This document shows, one piece after another, positions 16,528 through 24,444 of a DNA stretch of 35,924 nucleotides. The stretch is from Bacteroidota bacterium (GTDB lineage Bacteria > Bacteroidota > Bacteroidia > Chitinophagales > Saprospiraceae). The stretch lies in contig JBEGNB010000360.1 of NCBI GenBank assembly GCA_041182785.1, forward strand, positions 1 to 35,924, in the 5' to 3' direction. Position 1 is the first letter of the stretch, and each line of letters opens with the position of its first letter. Both the position numbers and the translations under genes were made by a program. Under the pieces are notes generated by a model. It was not told the origin of the DNA. It did no database searches and worked only from the letters and a program-made list of their open reading frames with translations.

Positions 16528-19229
16528 CGCCGGGGCTCAAAATCCTGCTGTATCTCACAGCATGGATACTCCCTGTATATACAAATGCCCAGGCTGTTAT
16601 CTCGGGTCGAGTACTCGACAGCCTCAGTCAACCAGTTGAAATGGCCAGCGTCATCGTCAGATCCTGTAACGATGACCGCGTTCTGGCATTCTGCAACACC
16701 GATCAGTCCGGAAACTTCTCTCTGAAGCCCGAGCTGTCAGGTTGCGACACACCAACGCTGCATGTCAGATCGCTCGGATATAACCCGTTTCGCATGAAGC
16801 TGTCCGGCAACAATATGTCATCCCTGACTATTCGTCTGAGTGCGGGTGCGCTGAATGAAATAGTCATCAGGGCAGAAGCACTGCCCGTAGTCGTCAGGTC
16901 GGATACCACAGAATATAGCGCCAGGGCATTTTCAGACAGCACCGAATTTTCAGTGGAAGACCTGCTGAAAAAAATTCCCGGTATTCAGGTGGATAACAAT
17001 GGCCGCATCACGGTCGGCGGAAAATCCGTAGAAAAAGTGATGATTGAGGGCGACGATCTGTTTAACCAAAACTACACGATCGGTACCAGGAATATCCGGG
17101 CAGATATGATAGACAAAATTCAGGCTATTGATCGCTATCAGGATAACCCGCTGTTCAAAGGAATCAGCGAATCAGAGCGAATGGTGCTCAATCTGACCAT
17201 ACGGGAAGACAAAAAATATAAAATATCCGGAAGCACCACAACTGGCGCCGGCTTTGGAGGTCGCGCACGCGGACAAACGCATATCAACCTGATTTCAATA
17301 ACAAGGAAGAGCAAATCATATATCCTCGGAAATGCCAATAACACAGGAAATAACGCACTGGAATCAACCGGTGCTTCGATTATCCGGTTGCCCGGCTTCG
17401 ATGGTGTAAAATATACAGACAATCCGCTTGTCAAAGAATCGCTCTATGCAGGACAATCCCTTGAATATGCCGGTATGCCCGCAGCTTTCAGTGTAGAAAA
17501 CAAATCAGCGCTGGTTTTCGGAGGCTACACTGTTCCAGTGAACCCGAAAACAAAACTGAAACTGACAGGCTGGACAGGGGCTGAATCGCTGAAACAGGAG
17601 GCCGACAGAATCGCAATTTACCGCGCAGGCTCTCTGGTTCAGCGACTCTCGGAAAATACCCGAACCGCCAAAAAAGCTTCCTCTTCCAATATTCAGGCCG
17701 ACCTGAATTACTCCGCTCCCAATCAGCGACAGTCTCTCCAGTTTTTTCTGCAGTATCGTTCCGATCCGTTAAACGACTATTTCTCCCTGGACAGAAGTAC
17801 AACACCTGCCGATACACTACACGTTGATCAAAACCCCGACAACCATACCAGGCAAGGTTTCGCAGCCGCCGATTACAGTTACAAGGTGAACAGTAAGAGT
17901 ATCCTTCAGGTAATCGCCCGGGCGGCTCAATTGGAAGAACAACAGACATTTAATTCCACCTATAACCGATATTTTACCCTTTTTCATACAGATTCCAGTT
18001 TCACCAGCCTCAAACAGCCATCACTGTTGCGTCAGTCCGCCAATGCGCTTAATCCGCGCTTCCTGACGGTCCGGTCCGGCTGGAATCTGGAACTGACTGC
18101 CGATGCAGGACAGGCACTTGCCCGGATTAACTCGTCAGTCGGGCTTTTGGGCCAAAGCAATGAAATGACCGTACCCGACACCGACTTCCGGAATGATATT
18201 GGCCTCCGTACAACAACGTATCGCACAGGCTTTCGGGTTGCACGCTCTGCCGGTAACTGGCAGTTCAGAATAAATGCAAACCCGGGCTTGCTGCAGGCAA
18301 CATTGCGCGATTCAGGTTTCGTATTACAGCAAAAAAAGCAGGTGACAACCGAGTCTGCTGCAAAAGTTACCTATTATATCAGTCGGTGGCACTATATCAG
18401 TGTGCGTTATGGTTTTACCCCGGTACTGGCGGGAGCAACAGATTACCTGCCCGGATACATCGTTTCGGATTATCAGACGTTTAATCGCGGGCTGCCTCAA
18501 ATAGCCGTCGTTAATCAGCAAAATGCGGATATTTCATACAACTACCACAACGCACGCAAGTTTTACGGGTGGAGCGCAAGCCTGGGCACCGGTGTAAATT
18601 CAAATGTAACCGGTTCCGGATATCAGATTAATCCAGATTTTTTCCTGAGAAATATATACAGACCTGTCTCCTCCAACAGTACCGCTCTGAATGGTTCGGT
18701 TTTCAGATTCATCCCTGCGATAAGTTCGAGATTTGAAGTGTCTGCCATGTGGATGAAAATCGGTTCCTATGCTGCGGTAAATGATGTTTCTTCCGCTCTT
18801 TTTCTGAATGAACAAAAAAGCGTAACCTTCAAATACGGCAGTGCATTCGACGGCTGGTTTAACGCAGTACTGAGTATGCAGTGGACATCTTTCGGTGCAA
18901 CAGGCGAAACGGGTGTTAAAGTCGGTGGCAACAACCTGTTTTCCACTGTGCGCATACATATAAAACCCGACGCCAAAACGAACCTGAAACTTGACGTGTT
19001 TCAAACAGGGGCCCGGTTATCGGGTGCACCCATGAACGTAAACTACGGATTATCCGGAACACTGTCAAGAGAAGTACCCGCCTGGAGGAGTACGTTGATG
19101 CTATCAGCCATGAACCTCCTCTTCTCCGACTCTTTCGGAAGAAGCAATGCCTGGTATTTTTACGAAACCCGCTCGTCGGTGCGTGCCGTGACGCCTTACA
19201 TCGTATTCAGTTGGGATTTCCATTTCTGA
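16524..19229 (+). CDS. outer-membrane beta-barrel protein with carboxypeptidase-regulatory-like N-domain and TonB-dependent-receptor plug-like region
   Basis: The start ATG overlaps the GLPGLI stop (ATGA at 16524-16527). The signal peptide ends ...VYTNAQA. VISGRVLDSLSQPVEMASVIV is a CarboxypepD_reg-like motif. SVEDLLKKIPGIQVDNNGRITVGGKSVEKVMIEGDDLF is plug-like. The rest is a long beta-strand-pattern region ending in an aromatic terminal FSWDFHF. Confidence 0.75.
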   Translation: MTPGLKILLYLTAWILPVYTNAQAVISGRVLDSLSQPVEMASVIVRSCNDDRVLAFCNTDQSGNFSLKPELSGCDTPTLHVRSLGYNPFRMKLSGNNMSSLTIRLSAGALNEIVIRAEALPVVVRSDTTEYSARAFSDSTEFSVEDLLKKIPGIQVDNNGRITVGGKSVEKVMIEGDDLFNQNYTIGTRNIRADMIDKIQAIDRYQDNPLFKGISESERMVLNLTIREDKKYKISGSTTTGAGFGGRARGQTHINLISITRKSKSYILGNANNTGNNALESTGASIIRLPGFDGVKYTDNPLVKESLYAGQSLEYAGMPAAFSVENKSALVFGGYTVPVNPKTKLKLTGWTGAESLKQEADRIAIYRAGSLVQRLSENTRTAKKASSSNIQADLNYSAPNQRQSLQFFLQYRSDPLNDYFSLDRSTTPADTLHVDQNPDNHTRQGFAAADYSYKVNSKSILQVIARAAQLEEQQTFNSTYNRYFTLFHTDSSFTSLKQPSLLRQSANALNPRFLTVRSGWNLELTADAGQALARINSSVGLLGQSNEMTVPDTDFRNDIGLRTTTYRTGFRVARSAGNWQFRINANPGLLQATLRDSGFVLQQKKQVTTESAAKVTYYISRWHYISVRYGFTPVLAGATDYLPGYIVSDYQTFNRGLPQIAVVNQQNADISYNYHNARKFYGWSASLGTGVNSNVTGSGYQINPDFFLRNIYRPVSSNSTALNGSVFRFIPAISSRFEVSAMWMKIGSYAAVNDVSSALFLNEQKSVTFKYGSAFDGWFNAVLSMQWTSFGATGETGVKVGGNNLFSTVRIHIKPDAKTNLKLDVFQTGARLSGAPMNVNYGLSGTLSREVPAWRSTLMLSAMNLLFSDSFGRSNAWYFYETRSSVRAVTPYIVFSWDFHF

Positions 19230-20411
19230 TTACACCCTGGCTGCGTTTATCACCGAGCAGGCCAGGGATATTTCTTCCTCGCTGATGATGAGGGGAGGGG
19301 CAATGCGCAGGGTATGATTGTTGAAAAGAAACCAGTCGGTCACCACGCCTTCGTGCAGGCAGTGCGCGATTATTTTCTGTACCCGTTCGAATGATCCGAC
19401 ATCAACACCCAGCCAAAGGCCCGCCTGCCGGATCTCCCTTATTTCCGGGTGGTTCAGCTGGTTTCTGAACAGGTCGCCCTTGCGCTTCGCAAGTGATACC
19501 AGATCGTTGTCCAGCAGCACTTCGAGGGTAGCCAGTCCGGCAGCTGCCGACACCGGGTGACCGCCGAAGGTGGTGATATGGCCCAGAACCGGATCGTGTG
19601 TGAGCAGTTGCATCAGACTTTTGGGGGCGATAAACGCACCGAGCGGCATACCGCCACCCAGGCCCTTGGCCAGCAAGAGTATATCGGGCACAATTCCGTA
19701 CTGTTCAAAGGCAAAAAGTGTACCCGTTCGGCCCATTCCTGCCTGAATTTCATCGAGAATGAGCAGAGCACCCGTCTCGCTGCAACGACGCCGGAGCGCC
19801 TGGAGCCACCCGGCATCCGGCGGAACTACGCCTGCCTCGCCCTGAACCGTCTCCACGATCACTGCCGCCACGCGGTCATCAATCAGTTCAAGTCCGGCAG
19901 TTTCGTTAAAATTGATGTGAAACACACCCGGCAGGAGCGGATGAAAAGCCCTCGTAAAATCGTCGGGCGACATCAGGCTGGCAGCACCCTGTGTACTGCC
20001 GTGATAGGCATTCCGGCAGGCCACAAAATGCGGTCGCCCTGTGGCGCGCTTGGCCAGCTTCATAGCTCCCTCCGTTGCTTCGGCACCCGAATTGACAAAA
20101 AATACAGAGTCAAGTCCGGGCAAAACAGAGGCGAGTCGCTCCGCCAGTTTGACCTGCGGCGACAACACATATTCCCCGTAAACCAGTGTATGCCAGTACT
20201 GACCGGTTTGTTGCAGTACCGCTTCCAGTACATGCGGATGCCGGTGCCCCAGCACACTGGGGCCAATTCCTGCAATCAGGTCGAGATACTTCCTGCCCGA
20301 TACATCGTGCAGCCAGCAGCCACTGGCCGACTCAATCTCGAGTGCCAGCGGGGCGGGTGACGTCTGGGCTACGTGCTGCAGGAAAAGAGCGCGCTGGGAG
20401 GCATAGTGCAT
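19230..20411 (-). CDS. class-III PLP aminotransferase (acetylornithine/ornithine aminotransferase-like)
   Basis: 393 aa. Motifs are FFVNSGAEATEGAMKLA, ILDEIQAGMGRTG and the PLP-lysine context PDILLLAKGLGGGMPLGAF. Substrate cannot be assigned from sequence alone, and there are no arg genes nearby. Confidence 0.85.
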   Translation of the reverse strand: MHYASQRALFLQHVAQTSPAPLALEIESASGCWLHDVSGRKYLDLIAGIGPSVLGHRHPHVLEAVLQQTGQYWHTLVYGEYVLSPQVKLAERLASVLPGLDSVFFVNSGAEATEGAMKLAKRATGRPHFVACRNAYHGSTQGAASLMSPDDFTRAFHPLLPGVFHINFNETAGLELIDDRVAAVIVETVQGEAGVVPPDAGWLQALRRRCSETGALLILDEIQAGMGRTGTLFAFEQYGIVPDILLLAKGLGGGMPLGAFIAPKSLMQLLTHDPVLGHITTFGGHPVSAAAGLATLEVLLDNDLVSLAKRKGDLFRNQLNHPEIREIRQAGLWLGVDVGSFERVQKIIAHCLHEGVVTDWFLFNNHTLRIAPPLIISEEEISLACSVINAARV

Positions 20412-20428
20412 GAGGCTGTTTTTGCGTG

Positions 20429-20436
20429 CAAAGTTA
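20429..20436 (-). promoter_or_regulatory. candidate -7 promoter box (TAACTTTG) for the aminotransferase gene
   Basis: The plus strand reads caaagtta, 17 nt upstream of the ATG at 20411. It is the same octamer as upstream of serC and of the SH3 gene. Confidence 0.3.
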
Positions 20437-20533
20437 TTATTTAACTGCTCTTGTTGGCAATTCCGTTAATTGGACACATATTTGCCCCGGCGCGGAAACA
20501 AGATACACCGAAGACGCGTTTAATCTCGTAACC

Positions 20534-21196
20534 ATGACAGCAAGGAAACTTATTGCACGCGATATCCCGCCACTCACAACGAAGCACACAGGAAGAGATG
20601 CCTTTCACCTGCTCAGCGACTTTCATGTGAAGCACCTGCCCGTTGTTCAGGACGGAAAATTGCTGGGCATACTATCTGAAGAAGATGTGTTCAATCATAA
20701 AATTTCAGATCCTATTGGCGAATATGATCCCGCTCACCTGAAAAAGGCCGCCGTACTTGAAAATGAACACGTATTCGGCGTGATTCGTCTGATGGGAGAA
20801 CAGCGACTGACGCTCATTCCAGTCATAGATATTGAAAGTAATTACCTGGGCGTAATAGCCCAGAACGACCTGCTCCGCTATTTTTCACATACAGCATCAT
20901 TCACAGGAGAGGGCGCCGTGCTCGTACTTGAAATGCCCATAAGAGACTACTCGCTCGGAAACCTGGCACGTATTATTGAAGAAGAAGGAATAAAAATACT
21001 CAGCACATTCGTCACTTCAGAACCAGACCATGAGCAAATGGAACTGACACTGAAACTCAACCGGACAGATATTTCCAGGGCCATTGCTTCCCTCGAAAGG
21101 CATGGCTATCGCATCAAGGAAACTTTTGGCGGCCTGGAAAAGGGTGATATCATGCGCGACAGATACGATGCTCTGATGCACTATCTGAATATTTAG
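20534..21196 (+). CDS. CBS-domain pair protein with small C-terminal regulatory-type domain
   Basis: The ATG at 20534 is preferred over the track start at 20426. Two CBS repeats are present (HLPVVQDGKLLGILSEEDV and LIPVIDIESNYLGVIAQNDLLRY). The C-terminal ~70 aa (ILSTFVTSEPDHEQMELTLKLNRTDISRAIASLERHGYRI) look ACT-like. Confidence 0.75.
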   Translation: MTARKLIARDIPPLTTKHTGRDAFHLLSDFHVKHLPVVQDGKLLGILSEEDVFNHKISDPIGEYDPAHLKKAAVLENEHVFGVIRLMGEQRLTLIPVIDIESNYLGVIAQNDLLRYFSHTASFTGEGAVLVLEMPIRDYSLGNLARIIEEEGIKILSTFVTSEPDHEQMELTLKLNRTDISRAIASLERHGYRIKETFGGLEKGDIMRDRYDALMHYLNI

Positions 21197-21236
21197 CAAA
21201 AAATCCCGACGCTGTCGGTACAGCTGTTTTGATTAT

Positions 21237-21244
21237 TATTTTTG
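21237..21244 (+). promoter_or_regulatory. candidate -7 promoter box (TATTTTTG) upstream of the T9SS gene
   Basis: tatttttg lies 162 nt upstream of the ATG at 21407. This would imply a long AT-rich leader. Motif match only. Confidence 0.2.
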
Positions 21245-21406
21245 GTAAAAACACCCGTAATATATACATTAAAAGCACTTTTTTAGCAAAAAATAGTCGA
21301 ATTACAAAATTCCGGGGCAAAAGCCCGCACGGAACCGATTCTTTTTTGGAATTTTGGCAGAGAAAATCAGTATTGTCTGAAACTGTTAACCAAACTTCTT
21401 ATTCTC

Positions 21407-24370
21407 ATGACAAAAACGATAACACTCAGAAACATGCTGCTTGCCCTCATGCTGGCAGCCGGTTTCCAGGTATCTTTTGCTCAAACCCCATTCTGGACGG
21501 AGTCGTTTTCCGACGAAGTCGAATCCCTGACTACCTGGGAGAACGGCGGTATCAACACCGGTTCGATTATCTGGTCCTGGACTACCGACCTGGCTGCAGG
21601 TAACTGGAGCCCCGGCAATTTCTCAGCACCTACGGCTGCTACCGGCTACATGTGGTTCGACTCCGATTCCAACGGAGAAGGTTTCCCGCACGATGTTACT
21701 ATCACTAACATCACAGCTCCGGTGAACTGCTCCGGCAAATCCAATGTTCACCTGAAATTTTACACGTACTACCGCACATTCACAGGTAGCGACGTAGCCA
21801 ACATCGGAATCAGCACAGATGGTACAAACTTCACGTACCACAACGTTGCCGAGTTTGACAACCTCGGGCCTGAAACATCCGGTAACCCGCAGGTATATCA
21901 GGGTTACATTGACCTCGCTATCCCTGAGGCCGACGGTGCATCCAACGTGTGGATTCAGTTCCGCTACAATGGTGAATTCGAGTACTACTGGAAAGTGGAC
22001 GATGTGGAACTGTACGAATACACCCCTGCAGTAGTAAATGTATCCTTCAAGGTAAACATGCTGCTCCAGAACGTTGATCCGGCTGGTGCCCGCATCGCTG
22101 GCTCTTTCTCCAACTGGTCCGACATTCCGCTGGTAAATCAGGGTAACGGCATCTGGGGTGCTACACTGCTTCTCACAGAAGGCCAGACTTACCAGTACAA
22201 GTTCAAAAACGGCCCGAACAACTGGGAACAGGCTCCTCAGGCTTGTGGAGTGAGCGATGGCTTTGGCGGCTATAACCGCAGTGTAACTGTAGGTAATACC
22301 GACATTTCACTGCCCGCGATTTGCTATGCCTCCTGCGATCCGTGCGTGGTTCCGTGTAACCTGAACCCGAGCTCTATCATCTGCGACAACTTCGACAACT
22401 ACCTCACCACCCAGAAACTGGGCCCTCAGGCTACCTGGTGGACAACCTGGAGCGGTACTGAAGGTACGGCTGAAGATGGAATCGTGTCTCTGGAACAGGC
22501 CAGCTCGCCCACCAAATCAATGAAAATCAATAGTACAGCTGCTGCTGGTGGTCCGCAGGACGTAGTGCTGAACCTGGGTAACAAAACAACCGGCCGCTAC
22601 AGCCTGAAATGGAAGTTCTACGTTCCCAATGGCAAAAATGCTTACTACAACATCCAGAACGTAGTGCCTATCGGCGCTGGCTCATGGAACCTCGACGTAT
22701 TCTTCAGCAACAACGGCGCTGGTAACATCCAGATCGGCGCAGGTGCTTCTCTGGCAGATTTCACTTACCCGAATGCACAGTGGTTCGAAGTTCGTCACGA
22801 GATTGACCTCGACAACAATACTCTGAAACTTTGGGTCAACAACAACTTCGTTGCAATCATACCTTACCCGAACAACCTCGGTGGTATTGACTTCTACGGT
22901 ACAAACAACGTCAGCACATTCTACACCGACGATGTTGAATATGTTTCTCTGCCTCCTGTTGTTTACAATGTTGACTTCTGCGAATCAGCTGTTGATATCA
23001 ACGGACTGATGGGCGGTGCTCCAGGTGTTTCACAGACTTCCGGTCTGTACGACAATACATCCGCAACTGCATCTGCTTCTGATCCTGTAGTTGATTGCTG
23101 GAACGAGGCGAACGGTGCAGACAACGTAGATAACTCTATGTGGTACACTTTCATCGGTAACGGAAATGCCTACCACATCGAAACTGTACCCTGCAACGCT
23201 ACCAACTACATCGGCACTCAGCAGCAGGATCCGGGTGATACACAAATGCTTGTTTATGCCGGCGACGACTGCACAAACCTCACTGAGGTAGTTTGTAACG
23301 ACGATCTGTTCGCAACCGGCGATCCAGATTGGCGCTCTGGCGTTGATATCGAAACAGAGAATGGCCAGACGTACTACATGCTGATTGACGGTTTCAACTT
23401 CAGCGGTACTGTGGCAACTGGTCAGTTTTGTATCGAAGTAACTCAGATTGCCAGCGTTACATGCGCTGACGGTGCTGTTGGTTCCTACGCTGTTCCAAAT
23501 CCGTTCCTTTGCTTCGAAGCTCAGCTCGCAGATCTCATCACACTCGATGAGGCAAGCTTTATTCTTCCGACTGAAGGTCCGATCGCCGGTATGGCATGGG
23601 CCCTTTCTTCCGGTCCGATTCCTTCTGATACCTGGCCTTCCGATGATGCCTCTTTCCTCGGCAGCACAGGTTTCCTGAATGCTCCGTTTACCGTTGGTCT
23701 CGTGAACGATGGTTCTATCTTCCCGGCCGGTGTTTACTACCTCACTCCGGTTGTACTGGGTGGTGGTACGCTGGTTGACCCAACCCTCGGTTCAAACATC
23801 AACAACGTGGATCCTTCCGGTGGCTGCTTCTTCGTAGGCGCCTCCACACAGGTTCTGATGCTCCCGCTGCTCGACGATGTGACTGCCACAGCCACTACAT
23901 CAAGCGGTGCTGTCAACCTGACTCCAGGTGGTGGTCTGGGTTCTCTGCTCGGCGATGACTCCTTCTACACTTACGACTGGAGCAACGGCGCTACCACGCA
24001 GGATCTCTCAGGCGTACCTGCCGGTAGCTACACCTGCACAGTAAATGATGTGAGCGGATGTGCTCTGGAAGCTGTTGTCACGGTTCAGGTAACTGTGGGA
24101 ACTGTTGATCCTGCTTCTGTTCAGTCTTTCACCATAAGCCCGAACCCGACTACCGGTACGGTTATCGTGAATCTGGCTCTCGCTCAGTCATCTGAAGTGC
24201 GCGTTGAAGTGGTGAACACTTTCGGCCAGACTGTTCAGACGCTCAATATCGGCAAGGTGGACAACCTGACCCAGCGCGTTGAACTGGGCAACCTGCCACA
24301 AGGTTCTTACTTCCTCCGCGCAACGGTTGACGGCGAAACGGCCGTACGCCGCGTGGTGGTACAACGCTAA
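21407..24370 (+). CDS. T9SS-sorted multidomain surface/secreted protein (jelly-roll, CBM-like, LamG-like, SprB repeat, Por C-terminal domain)
   Basis: Signal peptide MTKTITLRNMLLALMLAAGFQVSFAQ. The N-terminal module ends in YYWKVDDVELYEY (choice-of-anchor-J/MAM-like). A CBM20/48-like module follows (VNVSFKVNM...RIAGSFSNWSD...GIWGATLLLTEGQTYQYKFKNG). Then come a LamG-like block and an SprB-type repeat (YDWSNGATTQDLSGVPAGSYTCTVNDVSGC). The C-terminal T9SS sorting domain is ISPNPTTGTVIVNL...LPQGSYFLRATVDGETAVRRVVVQR. Confidence 0.85.
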   Translation: MTKTITLRNMLLALMLAAGFQVSFAQTPFWTESFSDEVESLTTWENGGINTGSIIWSWTTDLAAGNWSPGNFSAPTAATGYMWFDSDSNGEGFPHDVTITNITAPVNCSGKSNVHLKFYTYYRTFTGSDVANIGISTDGTNFTYHNVAEFDNLGPETSGNPQVYQGYIDLAIPEADGASNVWIQFRYNGEFEYYWKVDDVELYEYTPAVVNVSFKVNMLLQNVDPAGARIAGSFSNWSDIPLVNQGNGIWGATLLLTEGQTYQYKFKNGPNNWEQAPQACGVSDGFGGYNRSVTVGNTDISLPAICYASCDPCVVPCNLNPSSIICDNFDNYLTTQKLGPQATWWTTWSGTEGTAEDGIVSLEQASSPTKSMKINSTAAAGGPQDVVLNLGNKTTGRYSLKWKFYVPNGKNAYYNIQNVVPIGAGSWNLDVFFSNNGAGNIQIGAGASLADFTYPNAQWFEVRHEIDLDNNTLKLWVNNNFVAIIPYPNNLGGIDFYGTNNVSTFYTDDVEYVSLPPVVYNVDFCESAVDINGLMGGAPGVSQTSGLYDNTSATASASDPVVDCWNEANGADNVDNSMWYTFIGNGNAYHIETVPCNATNYIGTQQQDPGDTQMLVYAGDDCTNLTEVVCNDDLFATGDPDWRSGVDIETENGQTYYMLIDGFNFSGTVATGQFCIEVTQIASVTCADGAVGSYAVPNPFLCFEAQLADLITLDEASFILPTEGPIAGMAWALSSGPIPSDTWPSDDASFLGSTGFLNAPFTVGLVNDGSIFPAGVYYLTPVVLGGGTLVDPTLGSNINNVDPSGGCFFVGASTQVLMLPLLDDVTATATTSSGAVNLTPGGGLGSLLGDDSFYTYDWSNGATTQDLSGVPAGSYTCTVNDVSGCALEAVVTVQVTVGTVDPASVQSFTISPNPTTGTVIVNLALAQSSEVRVEVVNTFGQTVQTLNIGKVDNLTQRVELGNLPQGSYFLRATVDGETAVRRVVVQR

Positions 24371-24406
24371 ACAAGACCGCAACCCGCGGTTGCAGTCTCC
24401 TCAATG

Positions 24407-24444
24407 TCCCGAATTCTTTCCTCGGAAGGAATTCGGGATTTTTT
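24407..24444 (+). terminator. rho-independent terminator after the T9SS gene, sitting on the stop codon of the convergent DUF4132 gene
   Basis: A 13-bp stem, TCCCGAATTCTTT (24407-24419) with AAGGAATTCGGGA (24426-24438), includes one G-U and has a 6-nt loop. T6 follows at 24439-24444. A second small hairpin, GCAACC-CGC-GGTTGC, lies at 24379-24393. On the minus strand the hairpin follows the gene's TAA directly but has no U-tract. Confidence 0.7.

Noticed and set aside
19557-20360. 267-aa ORF antisense to the class-III aminotransferase
   Set aside because: It is a shadow ORF with Arg/Cys/His-rich composition. The minus-strand gene has the PLP-lysine and all family motifs.
21229-21603. 124-aa ORF spanning the leader and the start of the T9SS gene
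   Set aside because: It has a non-ATG start and is out of frame with the well-supported T9SS gene, which it overlaps by ~200 nt. Its first half is low-complexity AT-rich sequence.
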